The translations under genes were made by a program, and so were the position numbers. From Candidatus Poseidoniales archaeon (GTDB taxonomy: Archaea > Thermoplasmatota > Poseidoniia > Poseidoniales > Thalassarchaeaceae): DNA of 64,000 bases. The notes under the pieces are model-generated. The model was given only the letters and a program-made list of their open reading frames with translations, searched no databases and had not been told where the DNA came from. Within the stretch, counting starts at the first letter, position 1. Every line of letters begins with the position of its first letter. Location: NCBI GenBank assembly GCA_012959435.1, contig DUDF01000113.1, positions 3,730 to 67,729 on the forward strand, given 5' to 3'. Below, piece by piece: positions 18,901 to 26,615 of this stretch.

Positions 18901-19366
18901 GCAATAGTTCTCGCTCATCAACAATGATTGAGCATTTCTTCCCAAGTTCTACGCCTCCAGCATCAATCTGAGTAAGACTAGTAGCGCCACCAAATTCGAG
19001 TGTGGCAATCCACACACCCCCTATATCCTGGTGTAAACACCCTCTAGCCCTACCTCTATCATCTCTTGAAAGTTCTATTTCATCAAAAGTGAGGGATGTG
19101 TTGAGAGTAGTTGTTTGCCAAATATCCATTCCCCGAGTAGAATCAACTATCCAATCTGTTGCGTTGAGAATCATGGTTTGACCAGCAAATTGTTCACCAC
19201 TGCCATTTGAAAACGAAGTGCTGGGAGAAACCACTTGATTTTGCTCAAGAATTGTTTCATCACTTGGTGAAATTGAGAGTATTGGAGTCACTACTGAAAC
19301 TAACAATAAAAGTATCAAGGCTGAAGGTAAGAACAACTCTCTGCTTGCTGCTCGTTCGGCCCCCAT
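12992..19366 (-). CDS. Giant surface protein: integrin-alpha-like FG-GAP propeller repeats plus long array of thrombospondin type-3 Ca-binding repeats, TM helix, ~270-aa cytoplasmic tail
   Basis: 2124 aa. Signal peptide. FG-GAP motifs (GDVNGDGCSDLLIGA, GDVNNDSYADILVAA, GDINGDGFDDIALGA, GDVNQDGYDDFAY, GDVDGDGQFEIIV). More than 20 DxDxDGxxDxxD TSP3 repeats (DTDGDGWSDP, DLDNDGWGDN...). TM IGIGVGALLVLVIISLFVIRLI. Acidic then Gly/Pro/Arg-rich tail. Confidence 0.88.
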   Translation of the reverse strand: MGAERAASRELFLPSALILLLLVSVVTPILSISPSDETILEQNQVVSPSTSFSNGSGEQFAGQTMILNATDWIVDSTRGMDIWQTTTLNTSLTFDEIELSRDDRGRARGCLHQDIGGVWIATLEFGGATSLTQIDAGGVELGKKCSIIVDERELLHIAYTNESGFLRVAYQRASGLWNMRTIENATQVSKITLLLDSDGAENVLWLDSNNGLHLSSYGTWWTHQELLVGTRVGAQYDAYLDADDSLNIFYQNLDTTQMIHGILGTDGNWTLTTLTAGQGIGPAMSFAKDPSTGNIQYVYGSSNSTELTVVRDLTGQENGRLSPSIDTLTTGAVSDEYATQAINDLDFDCDGIDDLIVSRPAANSETGAVGIFWGTGMGLSSTPDYNLTGSAGGDRFGSAMANAGDVNGDGCSDLLIGATGATNSLGFATGVSYIFYGGNRTYSAANWSVSGEGGGDKFGGTVSSAGDVNNDSYADILVAATGFTQSGQTGGDGKVYLYLGSATGPSIDYDWYTRGYWQNVIQGWSMAGIGDINGDGFDDIALGAAGSFSDLTGNGRVEVYTGSQAGAMSIDNYWTTTTTNTLLGYSVLGIGDVNQDGYDDFAYSEPLYDNLALGKVTVLRGSANGLPDNPALELIGTESSQAFGSAMSTIGDINDDGLSEIAISSIGINSVGAGKVEYFFADNTQLLRKGVNSILIEGVSGQHLGRTIYGGGDVDGDGQFEIIVTSLDKDMDGNSAGAVIQIEKRNNEYSDIPMVMAGAPIDVVDLYLDDSGRFHLFVKSGILNQTRHLERPNAITNAAEEWQGISYSAISSMVVTRSGKTIVLDDSNNFVEQAAHTILTTQHPLATHNRMDIDLVIDNEQSLIYTTSYQNATVSDVELRAETDSGFLTSTVVTNSSLGAGISSAFSLTHQLPSLGNSWNISGTNSNGSEEYGASSGCQLDNGTGVLVSSVVTTNQTILNYIDANGSVTTFSIWGYQGDNDVACLSDGTLQVALVNNSGMGEVLSVNGSNITSLMMTSLTPTYDITAHIMNQNMVLFTEQTQTSDAKLCTISTANCVDLSIGYFSSDLFSAGSTGDGVPWIAFDGGPGVERMTLAIIHDSTVEPVYTATTAGDICGVDMETDATGVIRVVACHFDLNSNNRLTSYRIYSDWDRDFVPDPWDEVPFVGGQWNDADADGYGDNPGGPTADQCINSGTDLLDRGSRWGYFGCSDQDLDGWADAVDICQNTRGDSWVDRKGCEDSDGDGWSTDADQNPVNWYQQRDTDGDGHYDNHGSDCCGGSSSDIYPLNGNQWEDLDNDGWGDNHNFQYANETLRLFNGHDTDGDGDPDWFNIDWTGDQCPEFQGFSASDRGGCLDTDGDGWSDPHISQNAQESTWVYNRSQCNAIDSDGRNGCADNWPGGNGNSGEACGSIANCSQQWHDKDGDNYGDNTTPNAWRQDAFNEDPSQWNDTDLDGFGDNPTGTTPDSCPVNWGNSSVDRFGCQDEDGDGWSNPDSSESAHPNGNADSNSSNADQWRDTDGDGFGDFTNRINGDFCPEQFGYSNGDGGRGCPLPGEDSDADGIIDDDDVCGNTTTGEVVDTSGQWLGCSENQKDDDGDGVSNSLDRCANTTALAEVDVNGCSQDQLTLDTDVDGVPDIEDECPNTDTLQIDEYFDNVTGCARNQLDEDNDGVSNALDECSGTTDGAVVDEVGCPRNDIDTDGDGFFDDVDDFPIEPTQWLDLDFDGFGNELSGFQGDSCTNVAGNSTGSPNGDRWGCPDTDGDGWSDPVAGWGVDEGGDAFINDPTQWKDNDGDGFGDNITGFEGDECPLSAGVKDGVQGVGCPATTGADGNVVDECTKWEDFYNPTLSPGMIVPDEYQSCDWYNEWYGSSESSTLPLKMIGIGVGALLVLVIISLFVIRLIRGGDEWDEDDDDVYDEFEEDDDDIFASQSQGGWNAPAARQKFSGLEDNQPSRGGPAGQAGPPSRAGGGAPSRRPRGGGGPSRPGGSSGPPGRAGGSPPSNAPRAKKTRRAVVSDDAPPANAPSRKVRKVTGAPTPENVKTRSTRKTQGGNKAEPGNTQKKQPKAPSKWEDLFTPIDSANYEKSLGEARASIGSGESERNILRQLQTGGWNAKQSRYIVNEAGLN

Positions 19367-19464
19367 GGGGCCGATGGAAACACTGTTCCTGTAAAAGGGT
19401 AGTCAATTGCTGTGGCGACCTTTAGACTAGCAAAACGAATAAGATAGCAGCCACTAGGGTAATC

Positions 19465-20094
19465 GTGGAACTAGATGTGACTCTGCTAATTGCGGCGGGG
19501 CAAATTAGTGATGTGGCCGTCCTAACCACAGCTTGTGAAGCGGCTACAAGAGTGATTGCAGTTGATGGCGGAGTACAGCATCTAAGACATCTGAATATAG
19601 CACCTAATATCATTATCGGCGACCTTGATTCAGCAAGTGATAGTGACCTTGTTTGGGGACAAGAAAATGGCTCTGAAATCATACGCCTAAAAGAACAGGA
19701 TTCAAGTGACCTTGCAAAAGCACTCAACCTGTGTAATGAACGCCAATGGCCACACATCCAAATCATCGGAATTGAGGGGGGGAGACTGGACCACCAACTA
19801 GGTAGTCTTGCATCTATTTCGGATGCCCCTAACGACCTGAATATCAAAGCAGAACTTTCTGATACAACATTGATCAGACTTACCGCCAACCAGAATCATA
19901 AACAAAAATTTTCTGGTATATTTTCGCTCTTCAGTTTTGGTCAATCTGTCGTCACTTTGACAGGTGCAGAATGGAACCTTGAGAATGATATTGTGACCTT
20001 CTCAACCAAAGGACTCTCAAATCAGTGTGATGACATCATAAACATCGTGGTTCATTCTGGTGATTCGCTCATTCTTCTAACCAACAAAAAATGA
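19465..20094 (+). CDS. Thiamine pyrophosphokinase
   Basis: 209 aa. IIIGDLDSASDSDLV (GDxDS motif) and QDSSDLAKAL (TD..KAL motif) are typical of the TPK catalytic domain. Confidence 0.7.
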   Translation: MELDVTLLIAAGQISDVAVLTTACEAATRVIAVDGGVQHLRHLNIAPNIIIGDLDSASDSDLVWGQENGSEIIRLKEQDSSDLAKALNLCNERQWPHIQIIGIEGGRLDHQLGSLASISDAPNDLNIKAELSDTTLIRLTANQNHKQKFSGIFSLFSFGQSVVTLTGAEWNLENDIVTFSTKGLSNQCDDIINIVVHSGDSLILLTNKK

Positions 20095-20112
20095 AAGTTG
20101 TTAGCCAATCAA

Positions 20113-20541
20113 TCATTTCCAGATTGCAGAATCAGCCCATGGTAATCCAAGGGCAATTCCAACCAATTCTAAAATAATGTAATTCCAAATGAAATAAATA
20201 ACGAAAGTGGCAGTCAATACCGCCAAAGTCGTATTGATTATTCGTCGCCTTTCCTTCTTTGCTTGGTCAAGAGTACAGACTCCACGACTGCGAAAATGAA
20301 TTACTAAGCCAGTACCAACCATGGCGATAGCAATGACGTAAATGATTGGGCGGACAATTCCAAAATAGAGGTTATTTGACAATTGGTCAGCTGCGATAAT
20401 AGCAGACGAGCCTGCAAAGAGAACCCAAACCACGCTGGGAAGACAACACATGGAGGCGGTCACGGCCCCAAGACCGATGACTTTCCACAACGATTTTGTT
20501 TCCGAAAGTATGTCATCATCCGGTATTGAATCTTGACTCAT
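20113..20541 (-). CDS. Small integral membrane protein (about 4 TM), unknown function
   Basis: 142 aa, highly hydrophobic segments. Confidence 0.5.
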   Translation of the reverse strand: MSQDSIPDDDILSETKSLWKVIGLGAVTASMCCLPSVVWVLFAGSSAIIAADQLSNNLYFGIVRPIIYVIAIAMVGTGLVIHFRSRGVCTLDQAKKERRRIINTTLAVLTATFVIYFIWNYIILELVGIALGLPWADSAIWK

Positions 20542-20611
20542 CTCACAAATACCTGCCCAATTCTCTCATTTTCATCCCATAATTAAGTGAGGTCTCTGTA
20601 TTGATTCGATC

Positions 20612-21985
20612 CTATAATTCGGAATAAGATACCCATTGTCCAGAAACTTGATCAAACCAGTCAACAGCACCATCAGGATGTTGCCGCCAGTGAACGCCGG
20701 TTGGGTCTACGTAAGATGGTAAACCATCAGAATCGGGGTCTAATTCCATGGCATTAACATCACCAAATGCTATTTCTTCCTCGCCGCGGCGATTCCACAT
20801 CGTACCACCAAACAATCCCAACAAAATTGAGACCGCTATTCCAATGATTAGAACAACTATCTGGGCTACAATTATTGATTCTCCGAAGAATGGTGTTGGT
20901 TCATATTCTTCACCAAGGGAACGGTCTGGCCACATATTTTCAGGCCCTGCCGCTTCTAAAACCTCAGCGGATACTTCGCCAATAGGTGGTAAGCGAACTA
21001 AGTTGAATGCACCTCGAGTGGATTGACCTTCTGGCGAAGTCACTGTGACCCTCACCTTACTGAATCCAACTTGCCAAAGACGACAATCAACTGTTGAAAA
21101 ACCAGGGACGAGCACATCTTCTCCTCGAGGGTCAGTAATTTCCCATTCAACAGCCATCAGTGCCATTACAGTTCCAATTGACGGTTCAATAGCAACAGTA
21201 CATGGCGAGCCAACTTCATCATTATTGCCAGACACATTGAGTGTGAATACTGGTGGAGGCAGTGTGTGAATAGTGAAATCTTTAGTTGTTGAAGTGGAGA
21301 ATCCAAGGGTATTCCGGTAAAACATTTCCAAGTGATAATCTCGAGCTGGCCAAGTTGAACAATCAATATCAGAAAGGTCACTAGGGACAAGCCATGGTGT
21401 ACCACTTAGGGAGATTACACCCGTTGCGCCATAGAGGTCACCAATCTCATCAAGAAACACTCTTTCAACTACACAATCATCACCCAAGAAAATGGTAGGT
21501 GCTGCTTCTAAATCAAATCTCAAGTATGGAGCAGCGAGACTGGCCATCAATTCATATTCACCAAAATCTTCTGAGAAAACTATCATGTTAGACTCAGCAT
21601 CCCATACCTTCAATCTAACAGTAAAAGTACCATCACCCCAAGCCTGAACATCTGTTGAACCGAAATAAGGGGTCGTACGGTTGAATGTGAGATTATCCCA
21701 GAAAGTTAGTGTCATTCCTGCATGTTCCACATCAACTTGAACTGCTGCCTCAGCATAGTGTGAAGTGGTATTGAGCAGATAGACGACTCTGATGGTATCT
21801 CGATCACCATCATTGTCTAAATCTAGCCTGTCAGCTCTTGAACTATCAACCCCAATGTGCGGGGCATCTTGGGCTGAAATGGCTGGTGCGAAAAGCGGTA
21901 CTAATAGAATAATAAGCGCCAAAAATGCAATACTCTGTTTACTCAAGGATTTCACCCCCATCCTCTTTGCGTAAAGCCGTAACAA
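20612..21985 (-). CDS. Secreted surface protein with C-terminal TM and acidic/Trp cytoplasmic tail
   Basis: 457 aa. Signal peptide. TM IIVAQIVVLIIGIAVSILLGLFGG. Tail WNRRGEEE...DWFDQVSGQW. Likely start at the internal Met (about 21961); 23-47 nt overlap with the upstream gene. Confidence 0.6.
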   Translation of the reverse strand: MLRLYAKRMGVKSLSKQSIAFLALIILLVPLFAPAISAQDAPHIGVDSSRADRLDLDNDGDRDTIRVVYLLNTTSHYAEAAVQVDVEHAGMTLTFWDNLTFNRTTPYFGSTDVQAWGDGTFTVRLKVWDAESNMIVFSEDFGEYELMASLAAPYLRFDLEAAPTIFLGDDCVVERVFLDEIGDLYGATGVISLSGTPWLVPSDLSDIDCSTWPARDYHLEMFYRNTLGFSTSTTKDFTIHTLPPPVFTLNVSGNNDEVGSPCTVAIEPSIGTVMALMAVEWEITDPRGEDVLVPGFSTVDCRLWQVGFSKVRVTVTSPEGQSTRGAFNLVRLPPIGEVSAEVLEAAGPENMWPDRSLGEEYEPTPFFGESIIVAQIVVLIIGIAVSILLGLFGGTMWNRRGEEEIAFGDVNAMELDPDSDGLPSYVDPTGVHWRQHPDGAVDWFDQVSGQWVSYSEL

Positions 21986-24299
21986 AAAGGAATGTTAAGA
22001 CGAAAATAATAATCGGTGGTAAGAATGTGAAAATTGAGGAAGAGGGATTTTCTGACATCAATGAAATGTGGGCATTAATGGTACCGTATGAGTCACTGAA
22101 ACCATCGCTATTGGAATCGGGACAACCTTGTAAATCAATGGACGAGGTGCCTGCCTCAGTAGGGCAGTCATCCCTTAGGCTTCCCATAGCGTTGTCACCA
22201 TAGCCATCACCATCTTGGTCGGACCATTGAAGGCGATTTTTAGGGAATGCATCTGCTTCCCCCTCTGGATTTGCCAACCATGTTTCATCAGCATCTGAAT
22301 AGCCATCTCGGTCTATATCTGGGCATCCTAGGCGGTCAATCAGTGAAACTCCAAGGCTAACTTCCTCAAATGGGCAAGCATCAGATTGATGGCCAAAACT
22401 GTTGTCTCCAAACCCATCGCCATCAGAATCTGCCCATTGGCTAGGGTCATACGGGAATCGGTCACCCATGTCACTATACCCATCATTGTCCGAATCTGTG
22501 CAACCATGACGGTCTTCTCGGCTAGTCCCAGGTGTTTCCTTGCATCGGTCTGGACTTGTTGCACCTGCTGCCTGATTATCACCAAAACCATCTCCATCAA
22601 TATCTTCCCACTGAGTTGGGTCATTGATGAAAGCATCAGCCTCACCAAATGGATTTGCTAACCAACCAAGTTCAGGCTGAGCATCCGAAGAGCCATCACC
22701 ATCTGTATCTGGGCAACCCCAACGGTCGCGATAAGATTTGCCAAAGGTCGCAACACATGAGTCTGATTGCCAAGCCTCAATTTCTTGATTATCACCAAAC
22801 CCATCTCCATCAACATCATGCCATTGAGTTATTTCTTCAGGGAATGCATCACCAAATCCAGAGGGGTGTGCTAACCAAGTACCATCAGCGTTTGAATATC
22901 CATCACCATCTGAATCTGGACAGCCATAACGGTCATGATGACTACTTCCAATCCTATTGATACAAGAATCTGGCTCAGAACCTGAAAGGTTGTCGCCATA
23001 CCCATCGCCATCTAAATCAGCCCACTGGGTTGGCTCATCAGAAAAATTGTCAGCCTGCCAAGCACCAGATGCAGTGTTATCACCATAACCATCTCCATCT
23101 GTGTCAAGCCACTGAGTTGGATTGTCTGGGAAAGCATCTGGGTCTGTACCAAGTGGATTATCACCAAAGCCATCTAAATCCCGGTCAGCCCATTGAGTAG
23201 GATCATTGGGGAAAGCGTCTGCACAGTGGGTTTCGTCGCTCTGACAACGAACTGGGTCGTATGTCCAGTTCATGTCCGGATTAGACCAGCCATCGCCATC
23301 GCCATCCACACAACCAAATCGGTCTTCTGTGGAATTACCCCATTCTGTTGGGCAAAAATCTGGCCGGGTTGCATTTTCAACAAATACTCCAATCCCTGTG
23401 CCATTTCGCATTACCCCCCAACTCATATCTGCCCAATTATCACCAAACTGGTCAGAATCGGTATCATGCCATTGAGTATTATCTTGGAAAAATGCGTCTG
23501 CACCATCAGAAATATACCACGGTAAATCTGACCAGAGTGAATTTGGGTCTGGGTCAGACCAGCCATCAGCATCACTGTCTGTGCAGCCGTTTCGGTCCTG
23601 CGTTGAATGACCGTAGAAATCAGGACAGCCATCAGGATTTGTAGCTGGTGCAGGATTGTCACCAAAGTCATCACCATCTGAATCAAGCCATTGAGTATTA
23701 TCGCTAGGGAAAGCATCTGCTCCTTGAGCCACAGACCAACCTGAACCAGGGTCACTATATCCATCCCCATCGGAGTCTGGGCAACCATTTCTATCAGATG
23801 TTGAATCACCTGCTACGGTGTCACAATCATCGTCATTATCGGTAAATCCATCATCATCAGTATCTCGGTATCCGGTCTGAAGTTGTGGAGTTACATCATA
23901 ATCGAATTGACTAGAAAACCATCCATCTGGTACTGCCTTAATGCGGAAAAAATACCAGTCATGGGATGTTGCAGTAGCCGCAATATTTCTAGTCCCGTCA
24001 TTGGCGAAACTCGTTGAAGTTAATTCATTCCCACCTGAATCGTAAATACCCATTTGTCCATCATAACCATCAAAGGTTCCATGGCAACATGTGCTCACAC
24101 TGAGGCTCACTGAATCTCCAGTCCAGGCTTCTATTTTCCACCAATCAGTAGTATCACCATCTGCGTCTACAGAACCACTGCTAGTCGCGCCGTCTGTAAG
24201 TACAGCAGCAGTAGCCATTGTGTCGTCAGCAGAAACGGTAGGAATCGGGATGAGTGCGAGGGCAATGAAAATCGCAATTGCACGTAGCCCGGCTCGCAT
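21939..24299 (-). CDS. Thrombospondin type-3 repeat surface protein with N-terminal pre-peptidase-C-like domain and C-terminal TM
   Basis: 786 aa. Signal peptide. TDWWKIEAWTGDSVSLSVS (PPC-like). Dense DxDxDGxxDxxD repeats. C-terminal TM. Confidence 0.82.
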   Translation of the reverse strand: MRAGLRAIAIFIALALIPIPTVSADDTMATAAVLTDGATSSGSVDADGDTTDWWKIEAWTGDSVSLSVSTCCHGTFDGYDGQMGIYDSGGNELTSTSFANDGTRNIAATATSHDWYFFRIKAVPDGWFSSQFDYDVTPQLQTGYRDTDDDGFTDNDDDCDTVAGDSTSDRNGCPDSDGDGYSDPGSGWSVAQGADAFPSDNTQWLDSDGDDFGDNPAPATNPDGCPDFYGHSTQDRNGCTDSDADGWSDPDPNSLWSDLPWYISDGADAFFQDNTQWHDTDSDQFGDNWADMSWGVMRNGTGIGVFVENATRPDFCPTEWGNSTEDRFGCVDGDGDGWSNPDMNWTYDPVRCQSDETHCADAFPNDPTQWADRDLDGFGDNPLGTDPDAFPDNPTQWLDTDGDGYGDNTASGAWQADNFSDEPTQWADLDGDGYGDNLSGSEPDSCINRIGSSHHDRYGCPDSDGDGYSNADGTWLAHPSGFGDAFPEEITQWHDVDGDGFGDNQEIEAWQSDSCVATFGKSYRDRWGCPDTDGDGSSDAQPELGWLANPFGEADAFINDPTQWEDIDGDGFGDNQAAGATSPDRCKETPGTSREDRHGCTDSDNDGYSDMGDRFPYDPSQWADSDGDGFGDNSFGHQSDACPFEEVSLGVSLIDRLGCPDIDRDGYSDADETWLANPEGEADAFPKNRLQWSDQDGDGYGDNAMGSLRDDCPTEAGTSSIDLQGCPDSNSDGFSDSYGTINAHISLMSENPSSSIFTFLPPIIIFVLTFLFVTALRKEDGGEILE

Positions 24300-24383
24300 T
24301 GGATGCCTTAGGCATCCCTCATAGTCATAATCACTTTGCAGGCATGATGAAGAAAAATTTACCCAATTAATGAACAGATAATC

Positions 24384-25655
24384 TCATTCCGAGTAAAAAA
24401 TTGCATATTTTTCCGCATTTAGACGATAGGTGTATTCCTCAGCCACTCTTTTTCGCCCATTCGCCACCAACTCCGGAATATTTTCAGGATTACCAAGCAG
24501 ATTGTTGACCGTTTCAGCGAGTGAAGAGGGATTCCCTACCTCAAACAAACCCCCCACAGTTTCATCAACCATTTCCGGAAGTGGACCATCATTTACAGTA
24601 GCACAAGGAGTACCAGATGCCATTGATTCCAATGGGATTAATCCTTGACCTTCGTATAGCGAAGGATAGACACTCAAATCAGCAGACCTGAATAATTGAG
24701 CCAAGTCAGAAAATGACATTCCAGACTCTATTGTTACTGCATCTTGAATCCCTAATTTTTTGGCCTGCTTCAATAGAGTTTTGCGCATGTGTCCGCGACC
24801 AACAATTACCAAATGTGCACCGCTATTTTCTGCCAATATTTCAGGCATCCCTCTAAGTAAAGTACGGAATCCTTTACGGCCTGCTAAGCGGCCAACTGCG
24901 AGTAAAAGTGGGGTTTTTGTCCCTGGTGACCCTCGCAATGCATTTTCATCAGGATTACCGTATCTTCTTCGCATTTTTTCATGTGCTAATTGTGAATCTT
25001 CATCATCATGATTTTGCGGATAGAACATATCGGTATCAACACCCCAACGTACTACTTCGACACGCCAATTTTGTGGTGGGTTATACCGCTCTTCAAAATC
25101 TCGTTTCGTGGCCTCAGAATTAGCCACGCAAACGGTTGAACCACGTACCGCTGCGCGTTCGTATTTTGCATAATGTTTGGCTGACAAAAGAATCGCCAAA
25201 TCATTAGGATTCTTCCACGTGGCGGATTCACCATATTTTGCTGCCCGCAGCATTCCATCTCTCTCACCAAGCCATGAACCATGCAAAGTTGTCGTCACAT
25301 TACCTATTTCAGCCCGTACTTGGGCAAATTGCTTCTCTGTCCAAGAAATCATCGGCGCATGCACATGCACCGCATCAACAGGGTCAACCTTGTGTAGTCG
25401 CAACAATTCTTTGAGCGCATGACGGCCATACGAACGTGTGAACGCCATAGGAATTTTCGCCCATTTAACCATCAGAACATTTACGCCATCTAGTTTAGGA
25501 ATCAAAGATGGATTCTTTATTGCCTTGGAATCACGGCGCGTTATTACCGTCACTTTATGACCCATTTTTGCTAATGCACTTGAAAGATGGAACACAGTAG
25601 AACCCATCCCACCCCAGCGGGGCGGATACTCGCCAGACAACATCGCCACGTGCAT
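24384..25655 (-). CDS. Glycosyltransferase family 4
   Basis: 423 aa. N-terminal GT4 fold (MLSGEYPPRWGGMGSTVFHLSSALAKMGHKV). C-terminal EGQGLIPLESMASGTP motif. Confidence 0.8.
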   Translation of the reverse strand: MHVAMLSGEYPPRWGGMGSTVFHLSSALAKMGHKVTVITRRDSKAIKNPSLIPKLDGVNVLMVKWAKIPMAFTRSYGRHALKELLRLHKVDPVDAVHVHAPMISWTEKQFAQVRAEIGNVTTTLHGSWLGERDGMLRAAKYGESATWKNPNDLAILLSAKHYAKYERAAVRGSTVCVANSEATKRDFEERYNPPQNWRVEVVRWGVDTDMFYPQNHDDEDSQLAHEKMRRRYGNPDENALRGSPGTKTPLLLAVGRLAGRKGFRTLLRGMPEILAENSGAHLVIVGRGHMRKTLLKQAKKLGIQDAVTIESGMSFSDLAQLFRSADLSVYPSLYEGQGLIPLESMASGTPCATVNDGPLPEMVDETVGGLFEVGNPSSLAETVNNLLGNPENIPELVANGRKRVAEEYTYRLNAEKYAIFYSE

Positions 25656-25719
25656 TTTTCCACCCCCTCTGCCAATTCAGGCATTACGGCCACTTAGGCC
25701 ATCGTTTTCAAGCGATTCC

Positions 25720-26517
25720 TTGAGAGTTCATCCAATAGAGCCTTTCAAGAGAGATGGGTTAGTCGGCAGTTCGGTGACTGAGATGTCTGATACACTACCA
25801 GTGCATGTGACTGTGGTTATACCGACCCGTAATGAAGAGGCTGCAATAGTTGATACTATTCGGTCTGTACCATCTGATGGGTGGTGTGAAAAACTTGATT
25901 TTCTAATAATTGATGGAAATTCAACTGATAAAACCAGAGAACTCGCAGAGCAAGAGGGCGCACAAGTATATCTTGAGCCACGCAAGGGTTACGGTAGAGC
26001 CTACCGAACAGGGTTTGCTATGGCACCAGGCGATATTATTGTAACAATGGACGCTGACTGCACATATCCTGGTGAAGAAGTACCGGGATTAGTACGAAAA
26101 CTGATTGAAGAAAAATTGGAATTTATCACCTGTGATCGTCTAAAAAGAGCTGAAGAAGGTAGCATGTCAGGCATGCATGGTTTTGGTAACTGGGCTCTAT
26201 CATTCACTGCTCGTATGTTGTTCTGGTATGGTATTCATGACTCCCAATCAGGGATGTGGGTATTTTACAAGCGTATCATGGATAACCCGAAAATGAGGCC
26301 TACCAACGATGGGATGCCACTTTCTGAAGAGATGAAAATCAATGCGCGCCGCTGTTTTGGTAAGAAAAAGGCAATTGAAATTTCAGTGCCATACCGCTCA
26401 AGAGTCGGAGATGCTGAAATCAACACATGGACTGATGGCCGCAAAAATCTAATCTTCCTATATCTCAAGCGATTTGGACTAAATCGGACCCGTTCACCTT
26501 GGGGACCTGAAGAATAA
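25720..26517 (+). CDS. Glycosyltransferase family 2 (Dpm1/dolichyl-phosphate sugar synthase-like)
   Basis: 265 aa. VTVVIPTRNEE...DGNSTD...DADCTYP (DxD) motifs. Start possibly at the internal Met (25783). Confidence 0.8.
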   Translation: MRVHPIEPFKRDGLVGSSVTEMSDTLPVHVTVVIPTRNEEAAIVDTIRSVPSDGWCEKLDFLIIDGNSTDKTRELAEQEGAQVYLEPRKGYGRAYRTGFAMAPGDIIVTMDADCTYPGEEVPGLVRKLIEEKLEFITCDRLKRAEEGSMSGMHGFGNWALSFTARMLFWYGIHDSQSGMWVFYKRIMDNPKMRPTNDGMPLSEEMKINARRCFGKKKAIEISVPYRSRVGDAEINTWTDGRKNLIFLYLKRFGLNRTRSPWGPEE

Positions 26518-26615
26518 GACGCAAATATTCGGTGTTGCTCACAACACCTCCTGTTAGCGTAGTCACTCATAGGTTCAATTACTACACAGTAGTAATACAA
26601 TTCGGGTAGAGGGTT

